DNA of 64,000 nt from an uncultured Rhodospirillaceae bacterium (GTDB lineage: Bacteria > Pseudomonadota > Alphaproteobacteria > CAAGCB01 > CAG-977): positions 787 to 64,786 of the forward strand of contig URSF01000008.1 in the NCBI GenBank assembly GCA_900550445.1, written 5' to 3'. A program made the translations under genes and the position numbers. Each line of letters opens with the position of its first letter. Positions within the stretch are counted from its first letter, which is position 1. Of this stretch, positions 10,228 to 18,568 are shown one piece after another. Below the pieces are notes generated by a model. It was not told the origin of the DNA and ran no database searches. It saw nothing but the letters and a program-made list of their open reading frames with translations.

Positions 10228-12468
10228 TTATTTTTTATCCAGTAAAAAAGGATTCTTTTTTTCAAAAACGGCAAAGGCAAGAATCAGCGGCGCGGCGGCG
10301 ATCATCGGCATGGCGTAACGCAGCAGTCCATTGACCGGCGAAGCGACGCAGACCAAAATATTGATCAGCACCGGAACAAAAGGCGCGGCGCTTTTTTCTT
10401 TTTTCCGGCATAGCAGGTAAATCCACAGCAATATGCTGAAGTTTGTATAAAACGCGCAACTGTAAAACAGATTTAAAATCGGGATATACCATAAAAAAGA
10501 ATAATAAAGCCAGTCTGATATATCTTTGAGCGGTAAAGCGTCGCCGCCTGTTTCCGACGTATTCAGCCATTCCGTCAGAACAACGACCCGGGAAGGCAGT
10601 GAAAGCAGGTTGGGAATAAAGGTATAGTACTGTGACGATTGGCTTAAAAATGCCTGAAAATAAGTGACGGGGTGTTTGAAAAACATCTTTGCCCAGACGA
10701 AAAGATAATTCGCCAGAAAAGCGTTTTCCTTTTCCGCGTCATTCAGTTTGTATGTTTTTTTGACAGGGTCGGAAGAATAACGGTAATAATTTCTGCCGAG
10801 TTCATGGAACGAAAGCACGCGGTCAATCGTCAGGTATTCTTCGGCGGTGATTTCCGTTCCGTGTCGTTTTACGTAAAACGCCGTTTGTTGAAACGGAATT
10901 GAGAATATTTCTTTTTTACTGCCGGGCGGAAATCCCATGGCGGGAAAAACGTATTGTGTCAGGGCGGGGTAAACGGTTAAAACCGTTAAAAAAGCAATCC
11001 CTGCCGTTTTTTTATGCGAAGTGCGGAAAAATAAAAAAAGCAGCGTCGGCAGGATAATGTAAACGCCGTTGTTGCGCAGCAGGCATACCATTAATCCCGT
11101 CAATATATAAGAAATCAGATTTTTGAAAAAACGACCTCTGTCGTTTTCCGTGACAAGCGATATCGTCTGCAGTAAAAACAGAGTGAAAAAGGCGCTGTAA
11201 GGGACGTCTTTTACTCCCCAGATCATGAATATGCCGAAAGGAACCGCGGCAAAAAAGATTAAAGTTCCCGCCTGAAAAAGCACGGGCAATTCCCAGCGTC
11301 TGATTTTTTTCTGGCAGGCGGCAAAAACCGCGGCGCAAATAAGGCTTTGCAATAAAATATAAAGAAAAGCGCCCAGCCGGCCGTCTTTTAAAAACAGACC
11401 GGTCTTAAAACAGATTCCCATTAAAAAAGTCGATAAAAACGGGTGATGCTGGGATTGTTCGGAAATACCCGAAATTTGCGCCAGCTGCAGAACCATATCC
11501 GGCGAGATGCGGCCGGGGTAGTAAATCAGGGCTAAAATCAGATATACGCTCAGAATAAGGCAGAAGGAAACGGCAAAAGTATATTTTTGATAAAATCTGA
11601 ACCATCGGGCGGAAAAATCATTTCGCCGTGTTCCCAGATAATCCCAAAACCTGAACAGATAAGAACAAAGCGCATAAGTCAGAGCCGTTTCGCCGGCAAC
11701 GGAAACGACAGAAAACAGCATATTATTTTTGATAACCGAAAAAGTAAGAGAAAAACGCAGGCTGTAAGCAAAAAGGGATAATAAACTGAAAATCAGGCTG
11801 AAACCGAAAAGAAGGCCTTTTTCCTTTTTGTTTAATCGGTTTTCTTCGGCTTTACGGTAAAAAACGTATAAACCCGCAGTCAGCAGCAAAGTGAAAAAGG
11901 TATTTTCTTTTCCCAGATTGGTATCGAAATAAAAAGAAAAGCAAAAGTATCCCGCAATCGCCGCGGCCGTGGCGCGAGCTGCCTTAAACCGGAAAAGACA
12001 ATAAAACGCGATAAAGGAAAAAAACGCCGAAACAAAAGCGGCAAAGAAAGAAAACTTTGTTTTTCCTTCAATGTCTAACGGCGTTGTCAGAGACAGTTCA
12101 AAAGTGTCCGGCGTAATCAGGTCGTTTTCTTCCAGCTGCAAGACCCGGGTTGTTTTCCCTTCAATCCTGATTTGGTCAATCTTTATCTGTTGCTGCGGCT
12201 GAACGGAAAACGTCAAAATCATTTGGTGCAGTTTTTGGGCGGGAACATCAAAAAAGACAAAATCCGACGTTTTCGGGCAAAAGTTTTTTTCTAAAAAGTA
12301 TTTTTGAATATTTTCATTTTCGTTCTGCGTATAGTTCAGATAAACTCGGGCGCCCGTGTCGGATAAGGCATGAAAGCTGACGCGGACTGTCGGCGTCAGG
12401 TAAAAAGGAGCGATCGGCAGCATAAAAAAGAGCGTGCAGATCAGGCTGAAAACGATATGTTTTTTCAT
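10228..12468 (-). CDS. large polytopic membrane protein, uncharacterised (paralog B)
   Basis: 746 aa: signal-anchor, ~140-aa extracytoplasmic domain, then >10 TM segments. Shares blocks with the upstream paralog (HHPFLSTFLMGICF, FSIPFQQTAFYVKRHGTEITAEEY, ASPVNGLLRY). Confidence 0.8.
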   Translation of the reverse strand: MKKHIVFSLICTLFFMLPIAPFYLTPTVRVSFHALSDTGARVYLNYTQNENENIQKYFLEKNFCPKTSDFVFFDVPAQKLHQMILTFSVQPQQQIKIDQIRIEGKTTRVLQLEENDLITPDTFELSLTTPLDIEGKTKFSFFAAFVSAFFSFIAFYCLFRFKAARATAAAIAGYFCFSFYFDTNLGKENTFFTLLLTAGLYVFYRKAEENRLNKKEKGLLFGFSLIFSLLSLFAYSLRFSLTFSVIKNNMLFSVVSVAGETALTYALCSYLFRFWDYLGTRRNDFSARWFRFYQKYTFAVSFCLILSVYLILALIYYPGRISPDMVLQLAQISGISEQSQHHPFLSTFLMGICFKTGLFLKDGRLGAFLYILLQSLICAAVFAACQKKIRRWELPVLFQAGTLIFFAAVPFGIFMIWGVKDVPYSAFFTLFLLQTISLVTENDRGRFFKNLISYILTGLMVCLLRNNGVYIILPTLLFLFFRTSHKKTAGIAFLTVLTVYPALTQYVFPAMGFPPGSKKEIFSIPFQQTAFYVKRHGTEITAEEYLTIDRVLSFHELGRNYYRYSSDPVKKTYKLNDAEKENAFLANYLFVWAKMFFKHPVTYFQAFLSQSSQYYTFIPNLLSLPSRVVVLTEWLNTSETGGDALPLKDISDWLYYSFLWYIPILNLFYSCAFYTNFSILLWIYLLCRKKEKSAAPFVPVLINILVCVASPVNGLLRYAMPMIAAAPLILAFAVFEKKNPFLLDKK

Positions 12469-14720
12469 TGACGGTCCTCCGCCTGTTTTTCAGTGTTTAT
12501 TTGCGGCGCGGCGCAAAAGGCAAAAACAACGGGCATGGCGGTAATAACCGGCAGATACAGGCGCAACAGTCCGTTTAACGGAGAAGCGACGCATATCAGA
12601 ACAGACATCGCCGACGCCGTCAGGAAAAGCAGTTTTTTCCGCCGGCCGGACGTGTAAACATAAAGTCCGAGCAGCACCAGAAGCCAGGTATAAACCGGTG
12701 CTCTGACGCCCGTGTAAAGCAGGGAGGAAGCCATTTCGTTATTATAAAACACGCCGACAGCCGTTCTGGCATTTTCAAATTTGTCGGGAAAAACGGTACA
12801 AAACAAAGGATCGAAAGGTTCCTGCTGCTCTATGACAAAATACGGTGTAAAGGCATAATAACCGAAGCTGTTGGCCATAGTCGCCTGAATACCTGTCAGC
12901 GGGTGTCTGAAAAACAGTTTGACCGCGGTTTTCAAATAGGCTGCCAGTTTTTTGTTTTCTTCGGGATCTCCTTCTATTTTATAGGTTTTTTTAGTATGTG
13001 CCGCGGTAAACGGCGCATAATCGCGTATGATTTCCGGAATGTCCAAAATTCGGCTGATTATCCGGTATTCTTCTGCCGTAATGTCGGACGGGTGGGTTTT
13101 CAGGTAACGCGCCGTTTGTTGGAACGGAATGGATAAGGCTTCTTTTTTCGGGCCCGGCGCATATCCTAATGACAGAAAAACAACCTGATTAAGCAAAAAG
13201 AAGCAGCAGACGGCCGTTCCCGTTAAAAGGGCCGTTATTTTTTTCGTTTTGACGGGAATATCCGAAAACAGCAGCAAAGCTGCGGTTGTCGGCAGAGCGA
13301 CGAATATTCCGTTGCGCCGCAGCAGGCAGACCAGCAGAAAAACAACGGCATAAGCGCAGAGTTGTTTTTTATCGGCGAAATATTTTTCAGGATCATGCAG
13401 ACCGGACAGTGTCTGCAGTACAAAAAGGGTCGTCATGCCGGCGTAAAGCGTGTCTTTCATATCCCAAACGGCGATAAAACCGCCGATCGGGTAAATGGAA
13501 AAGAAAATCAGGCTGATCAGTTGAAAGTAAAAATTTAATCCCAGCTGTTTTATGCGGTTCAGGCATAATGCGAAAACAAAAGCACAGAAGCAGGACTGCA
13601 GCGCGGTATAAAAATAAATGCCGAGGTTATAGTCTTTGATCCGGCTGCCTGCTTGGAAACAGGCGCTGAGCAAAAATGTCGACAATACCGGGTGTCTTTG
13701 CGATTTTGTCAGCAGATCCATCGTCTGTTTAATTTGGCCTTTGGAATCCCAGGGAAAAATACCGGGATAATATATAAAATGCCAGGGCAGCCAGCAGGCC
13801 AGAATAATTAAAAAAGCGCATAACACCGTATGGCGCCGGTAAAAATCAATCAGACGCGGTATATACTGTCGTCCCGTATACGGTTTTAAAAAGAATCCGT
13901 CGGACATAAATTTAAAAAAACACAGGCCGACGGCATAAAACAAAATTCCCTGTCCGACAGCGCCCGCCGTGCAAAGCAAGGCGTTTTGCGCAATGAAATC
14001 CCATGAATCAAAACGATACAGAGAAAGAGATAAAAGATTAACCGTGCCAAAGATAATCCCGGCCGTCGCCAAAGGAAAATTCAGCGGCGTTTCTTTTGTA
14101 TAAAGGCGGTTGTAAAAAAAGAACAAAAAGGCAAAAATCAAAGTTCCGAAAAGCATATTCAGCTGCGCCGGGTTGATATTGCAGCTTAATGAAATTCCCG
14201 TGTAGCCGGCGGCTGCCGCAAATAAAAGGCGTGCTGTCCCGTTGTTTTTCAGGGCAAAGAAAAGCAGCGAAGCTGATATGAAGATGAAAATGAATAAAGC
14301 GGTATCAAAATGCCGGTCTGCTGTAAACGAGAGTTCGTTAAAGGAAAACGTTTCATTTTTTTCAACGGGAAAAACGATTTCCGTTCGGCCGGGGGCGGGA
14401 AAAAACGTCTTTTCGGTCTGCCCGCGCAAATGCAATTCGCCCACCCGGATATTCATGTCGGTGTGCACTTCAAAATTAATGTTTATGGCGGACAGCTCCG
14501 GCGTCTGTATCGTAAAACGCAGTTTTTGCCGGTCTTTGACGGAAAATGTTGTCAGATGAACGGGGCTGTCCGTTCCCGCCGGAACATAAGAAAGTTGCGC
14601 TTTGATCAACGAAGGTGTTGAAATCTCCGTTTCAGCCTGAATGACCGGCCGGAAATAAACCGGAATCGTAAGAATCAGAATCGCTGCAATACCGAAAAAA
14701 TAAAAAAAGAATGTTTTCAT
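12465..14720 (-). CDS. large polytopic membrane protein, uncharacterised (paralog A)
   Basis: 751 aa with the same architecture as 10228-12468 (RHPVLSTFLLSACF, LSIPFQQTARYLKTHPSDITAEEY, ASPLNGLLRLY). 4-nt stop/start overlap with the paralog. Confidence 0.8.
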   Translation of the reverse strand: MKTFFFYFFGIAAILILTIPVYFRPVIQAETEISTPSLIKAQLSYVPAGTDSPVHLTTFSVKDRQKLRFTIQTPELSAININFEVHTDMNIRVGELHLRGQTEKTFFPAPGRTEIVFPVEKNETFSFNELSFTADRHFDTALFIFIFISASLLFFALKNNGTARLLFAAAAGYTGISLSCNINPAQLNMLFGTLIFAFLFFFYNRLYTKETPLNFPLATAGIIFGTVNLLSLSLYRFDSWDFIAQNALLCTAGAVGQGILFYAVGLCFFKFMSDGFFLKPYTGRQYIPRLIDFYRRHTVLCAFLIILACWLPWHFIYYPGIFPWDSKGQIKQTMDLLTKSQRHPVLSTFLLSACFQAGSRIKDYNLGIYFYTALQSCFCAFVFALCLNRIKQLGLNFYFQLISLIFFSIYPIGGFIAVWDMKDTLYAGMTTLFVLQTLSGLHDPEKYFADKKQLCAYAVVFLLVCLLRRNGIFVALPTTAALLLFSDIPVKTKKITALLTGTAVCCFFLLNQVVFLSLGYAPGPKKEALSIPFQQTARYLKTHPSDITAEEYRIISRILDIPEIIRDYAPFTAAHTKKTYKIEGDPEENKKLAAYLKTAVKLFFRHPLTGIQATMANSFGYYAFTPYFVIEQQEPFDPLFCTVFPDKFENARTAVGVFYNNEMASSLLYTGVRAPVYTWLLVLLGLYVYTSGRRKKLLFLTASAMSVLICVASPLNGLLRLYLPVITAMPVVFAFCAAPQINTEKQAEDRQ

Positions 14721-14801
14721 AAGAGATGCTTTTCTGTCAGGTCGGTCTCAGCATATCAGGTTTTAATTCATTTTAAAAATTTTTTATATTGAAATGCAAT
14801 T

Positions 14802-14829
14802 AAAAAACCCCGCGGCGCCGCGGGATTTT
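14802..14829. terminator. GC-rich hairpin flanked by A-run and T-run
   Basis: CCCGCGG-CG-CCGCGGG palindrome (14809-14824) preceded by A6 and followed by ATTTT. Lies between the AKR gene and the membrane-protein pair. Confidence 0.5.
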
Positions 14830-14896
14830 GAATTTAAATACGGCAAATGCGAAACGTCGTTTTTTCGGCCGGGATTAAATGAAAAAAGCGTTTACG

Positions 14897-14930
14897 AAAA
14901 AGGCGGCCGTTGTTTCGTTAAACGGCCGCC
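14897..14930 (-). terminator. intrinsic terminator of the aldo/keto reductase gene
   Basis: GGCGGCCGTT...AACGGCCGCC 10-bp stem (14902-14930) followed on the minus strand by T5, 26 nt after the stop codon. Confidence 0.7.
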
Positions 14931-14955
14931 TTGTATAAGTCGGAACAATGTCGTT

Positions 14956-16116
14956 TTATTTTCCGACCAGAGCGGATTGTACGGCATCATAGCGGTCGCC
15001 CATTATTTTGATGTCTGCCGCGGCCTGATTTAATTCTTCGATTTCCGCAGAAGACAGTTTAAATTCGGGTGTGCGCAGGTTTTCTTCCAGATGGGATAAT
15101 TTGGTTGTTCCGGGGATCGGCACAATCTGATCATTTTGCGCCATCAGCCAGCCCAAAGCAATTTGGGCGGGCGTAGATCCTCTGGTCCGTCCGAAAGCGT
15201 TGAGTTTTTCGACAAGCCGCAGATTGTGGCGGATTGCCTGCGGGGTAAAGCGGGGCAGTGTCTGCCGGTTGTCGTTTTGAGGATCAAAACGGGTATATTC
15301 GGTAATGGATCCCGTTAAAAAGCCGCGGCAAAGCGGGCTGTAAGGGACAAAACCGATGCCGAGTTCTTTTAACGTCGGCAAAAGGTCGTTTTCCGGACGG
15401 CGCCACATCAGGGAATATTCGCTTTGCACGGCTGTGACCGGGTATTCTTTGTGGGCTTTGCGCAAAGTGTCCGCGCCGATTTCGCACAGCCCGAAATGGC
15501 GGACTTTGCCTTCTTTGATCAGTTCTCCGACAGTACCGGCGACGTCCTCGATCGGGGTGTTGACGTCAAATCTGTGTTGGTAAAACAGGCCGATCGAATC
15601 TGTTTTTAAACGTTTCAGGCATTCGTCGCAGACTTGCCGGATATGTTCGGGCCGGCTGTCTTCGTGACTGAGGTCGCGTTTGCCGTCTTTATATGCGTGC
15701 CCGAATTTGGTCGCAATGATGACTTTGTCCTTATAAGGAGACAGCGCTTCGCCGACAAGTTCCTCGTTGGTAAAGGGACCGTAGCCTTCCGCCGTGTCAA
15801 AAAAAGTAACGCCGTGGTCAACGGCCTGATGCAGCAGTTTAATCAGTTCTTTTTTTTCGGGGTGTTCGCCGCGGTGATAATTCAGTCCCATACAGCCGAA
15901 TCCGACTTCGGAAACTTTTAAAGCCGCTTTGCCGCTGCCCAGAATCCTTTGGCCTTCGCTGACCGGCGGATCGGAAAGAACGCGGTCGGACATACGGGAA
16001 ACCGCCGCCGCTTTGGCCGTGCCGGCCGCCGCGCCGAGAACCATGCTTCCGGTAACCAGAAAGCCCGTTTTTAAAAAATCACGGCGGTTAAAATCAGAAG
16101 TTTTATTGTTTGACAT
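14956..16116 (-). CDS. aldo/keto reductase with twin-arginine signal peptide
   Basis: 386 aa. N-terminus SDFNRRDFLKTGFLVTGSMVLGAAAGTAKA matches the Tat consensus. The AKR body includes GFGCMGL, FFDTAEGYG and IPGTTKLSHLEEN. Confidence 0.9.
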   Translation of the reverse strand: MSNNKTSDFNRRDFLKTGFLVTGSMVLGAAAGTAKAAAVSRMSDRVLSDPPVSEGQRILGSGKAALKVSEVGFGCMGLNYHRGEHPEKKELIKLLHQAVDHGVTFFDTAEGYGPFTNEELVGEALSPYKDKVIIATKFGHAYKDGKRDLSHEDSRPEHIRQVCDECLKRLKTDSIGLFYQHRFDVNTPIEDVAGTVGELIKEGKVRHFGLCEIGADTLRKAHKEYPVTAVQSEYSLMWRRPENDLLPTLKELGIGFVPYSPLCRGFLTGSITEYTRFDPQNDNRQTLPRFTPQAIRHNLRLVEKLNAFGRTRGSTPAQIALGWLMAQNDQIVPIPGTTKLSHLEENLRTPEFKLSSAEIEELNQAAADIKIMGDRYDAVQSALVGK

Positions 16117-16134
16117 TGTTTTCTCCTTTCAAAA

Positions 16135-17262
16135 TCAATCCAGTCCTTTTGCATGCAGCCAGCCGGACAGCAGATCCGCTATTTCAACGTTGTTTAAATC
16201 GGAAAACGGAAAATGAGTGTTGCCTTTAACGCCTGCTTCGGGTAGGTGCACAACCGTTACGTCGCCGCCGCGTTTGTTAACCGCGTCCGCCCAGCGGCGG
16301 GCGATCCGCAGGCGTTGATGCCAGCGTTTTTGTTCTTCGGTATATCTGTCGTCCGATCCCATAAAATCGCCGTAGTAGATAATAATGGGAAATTTTGTAT
16401 ACGCAGTTAGTTCGGCTTCGGAAACTTCTACGGTTTCTCCTTGTCCTGATTCCGTTTTTTCTGCGGTTGGGTTTTCTTCTTTAACAAACGGAAAGCTGCC
16501 GCCGGGTTCGTAAGCGGCGATTGCTTTGATTTTTTCGCTTTTCAGAGCGGTAAACCACCCGACGGCGCCGCTGTCGACGACGGCGGCAACATGAGTAATG
16601 ATATTGTAGGTTCCGAAAACATCAAGCTTTGACAATTCTTTTCCAAGCCAACTTTCCAATTCTTTTTGAATAGCGGAACGGTCTGACACGATAAGCGGAA
16701 GAGATGCCAGATCTTCTTTGGTAATGTTTCTTTTAGCGGCAAGCGGGCTTTTCGCCTGAAACAAAAGCCCCCATTTTTCCTTTACCGGCATGCGAAGATA
16801 GTCAAATTTGCTAACATCTGTCGGTTCAAGCAATACTCCAAAATCAAGCAAACCCTGTTCCAGCTTTTCTTTGATATAATCGGCGCTGTTCGTATAAAAA
16901 TGATATTGCACTTTGGGATATTTACGGCGAAAGCTGTCAAAAATAGGAGTTAAAGACTGTAATGCCGTCAGACCGCCGCCGCCGATGGAAATGATTCCAC
17001 CGGTTTCGGTTTGTTCTTCAAATTCATTTTTAATTTTCGCTATCAGAGATGTTACTTCTTCGGCGCGCTGTCGCAGCATAATACCGGCATCTGTTAAAAC
17101 AAGGCGTTTGCCTCGAATAAAGAGCTGCGTACCAAGTTCTTCTTCGAGTTGAGACATTTGCCTGCTGAGCGCCGGTTGAGCAATATGCAAAACCTCAGCC
17201 GCCCGGGATATGTTTTCCTCTCTGACAACAACCAAAAAATTTTTTAATATTCTTAATTCCAT
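16135..17262 (-). CDS. LysR-family regulator fused in frame to the C-terminal third of an alpha/beta hydrolase (chimeric ORF)
   Basis: Residues 1-~235 form a LysR wHTH (ISRAAEVLHIAQPALSRQMSQLEEELG) plus most of the substrate-binding domain. Residues ~236-375 (GWFTALKSEKIKAIAAYEPGG ... VKGNTHFPFSDLNN) look like the Asp/His-bearing C-terminal part of an esterase, with no GxSxG elbow. Confidence 0.7.
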   Translation of the reverse strand: MELRILKNFLVVVREENISRAAEVLHIAQPALSRQMSQLEEELGTQLFIRGKRLVLTDAGIMLRQRAEEVTSLIAKIKNEFEEQTETGGIISIGGGGLTALQSLTPIFDSFRRKYPKVQYHFYTNSADYIKEKLEQGLLDFGVLLEPTDVSKFDYLRMPVKEKWGLLFQAKSPLAAKRNITKEDLASLPLIVSDRSAIQKELESWLGKELSKLDVFGTYNIITHVAAVVDSGAVGWFTALKSEKIKAIAAYEPGGSFPFVKEENPTAEKTESGQGETVEVSEAELTAYTKFPIIIYYGDFMGSDDRYTEEQKRWHQRLRIARRWADAVNKRGGDVTVVHLPEAGVKGNTHFPFSDLNNVEIADLLSGWLHAKGLD

Positions 17263-17449
17263 CCTCGCCGTATTATTGATATAAACGAGTGATTAAATTT
17301 TTAATAAAATTTAAAAAATAAAGAAGTATAAGTAAACGAGTTCGGAAAATTCTCCCAAAATGCAATTTTAAAATTTACAACATTTGAACTCAGTTGGGCG
17401 CTTGATGCTTAAAAGAAAAACAGTCCCCCGGAGTGGGAGCTGTTAACTA

Positions 17450-17685
17450 TGGCTGGGGAACTCGGAGGTATGATTTTGATTTTTTGATGATATTAAATGA
17501 CGGATTTCTGGGATTTTTAACAAGATGTTTTTCCCTTTTTATAAAAAATATTAGCAGTTTTGTTAGTATGTTTATCACGTTAAATTATGCCTTTGAGATT
17601 GTAAACGGAGAAAAAGGAAAACTATAAAAATCTTTAAGGACAATTATAATTGAATGCCGTAAAAAGCCGGAATCGCCTGTGAAAT
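17450..17685 (-). repeat. inverted relic copy of the tRNA-Gln island right end (attR-like)
   Basis: By eye this is a near-colinear reverse-complement match to 42555-42793. It includes the tRNA-Gln 3'-end fragment TGGCTGGGGAAC (17450-17461). Confidence 0.75.
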
Positions 17686-17807
17686 GCAAGTTCGGCAAAC
17701 CGCTAAAGAAAATAAAATCCGAAAATGTGATCATTTGTTCAAAATGTCCGGATTAGGACGAAAACTGTTTATGATTATCTCTATCCTTGAACATTGGGTA
17801 AGCACCT

Positions 17808-17896
17808 CCTTTTTATCAAGGCTTCTTCTCCTCTTTCTCCCTTGCCATAAAAAAAGCGCCTTATCGGCGCTTTTAAATGGCTTAAGAGAAAGGGAT
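17808..17896. repeat. direct repeat copy A (~89 bp) of tRNA-Ser 3' end plus its downstream terminator
   Basis: Almost identical to 17972-18060: CTTTTTATCAAGGCTTCTTCTCCTCTTTCTCCCT(T/C)GCCATAAAAAAAGCGCCTTATCGGCGCTTTTAAATGGC...GAGAAAGGGATT. Confidence 0.85.
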
Positions 17897-17947
17897 TGTT
17901 CACTTTCGTTCACCCCTCAAGGGGGTCGCTCGGACTATCGTCCTGCG
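17878..17947 (-). pseudogene. degenerate, internally deleted tRNA-Ser copy
   Basis: The minus strand reads ...GATAGTCCGAGCGACC...CAATCCCTTTCTCTTAAGCCA, against GATGTCCGAGAGGCC...GAATCCCTTTCTCTCCGCCA in the intact gene. The acceptor no longer pairs and the anticodon arm is missing. Confidence 0.5.
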
Positions 17948-17971
17948 CGTCGTCACCAAAGGTGACCGAAC

Positions 17972-18060
17972 CCTTTTTATCAAGGCTTCTTCTCCTCTTT
18001 CTCCCTCGCCATAAAAAAAGCGCCTTATCGGCGCTTTTAAATGGCGGAGAGAAAGGGATT
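17972..18060. repeat. direct repeat copy B (contains the real tRNA-Ser 3' end and terminator)
   Basis: See copy A. The period between copies is ~165 bp. Confidence 0.85.
18013..18038 (-). terminator. intrinsic terminator of tRNA-Ser
   Basis: Minus strand AAAAGCGCCGATAAGGCGCTTTTTTT, immediately after the CCA end. Confidence 0.7.
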
Positions 18061-18133
18061 CGAACCCTTGATAGGCTTTGACACCTATACTTGATTTCCA
18101 ATCAAGCTCCTTCGGCCTCTCGGACATCTCTCC
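18042..18133 (-). tRNA. tRNA-Ser (anticodon GGA), CCA encoded
   Basis: Manual fold: acceptor GGAGAGA/TCTCTCC, anticodon stem CTTGA/TCAAG with loop TTGGAAA, long variable arm ATAGG...CCTAT, T-arm AAGGG-TTCGAAT-CCCTT, discriminator G, then CCA. Confidence 0.9.
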
Positions 18134-18291
18134 TTAATCGGATAGGGGTACAAATACCCCATTCACTGCTAAAAAACAACATTTTTTTTATTTTTTCTTC
18201 TGATAGTTCATTTTTTCCTTGTATTTTTAATCTTTTTTAAAAATATTCTTTTTATCTTGAATAAAGAAAAAAACAAAACAGAAGGTTAAAC

Positions 18292-18567
18292 ATGTTTTTG
18301 GGACGTCTTTTGGGGTGGACCTTTCTTTTACTGGCTGTATTCACCGCTTCAGCCGAAGCCGTCGCCGCCCTCAGTACCGGCGAATATATCAGTCTGGCGA
18401 CCTCTGACGTTCTGACCATTATTACCGGAATTTCTCCGCAGACCGCGGATACGTTTACCGGACGGTTGCTGCTCTGGCCGGCCTGGGCCAGCATCGGATT
18501 GACCGGGCTGGTTCTGATTTTCCTGTGCCGCAAAAAGAAATATAAAAACTCCTTTTCGGTAAAATAA
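18292..18567 (+). CDS. small hypothetical membrane protein
   Basis: 91 aa with a signal-like N-terminus (WTFLLLAVFTASAEA), a C-terminal TM and a KKKYK tail. Weak SD GAAGG. No recognisable family. Confidence 0.45.
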   Translation: MFLGRLLGWTFLLLAVFTASAEAVAALSTGEYISLATSDVLTIITGISPQTADTFTGRLLLWPAWASIGLTGLVLIFLCRKKKYKNSFSVK

Positions 18568-18568
18568 T

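Noticed and set aside
17433-18127. ORFs 17433-17627, 17684-17965, 17896-18081 and 17900-18127
   Set aside because: They are made up of the island-end relic, the tandem repeat and the tRNA-Ser gene itself. The repeated peptide strings merely reflect the DNA repeat.
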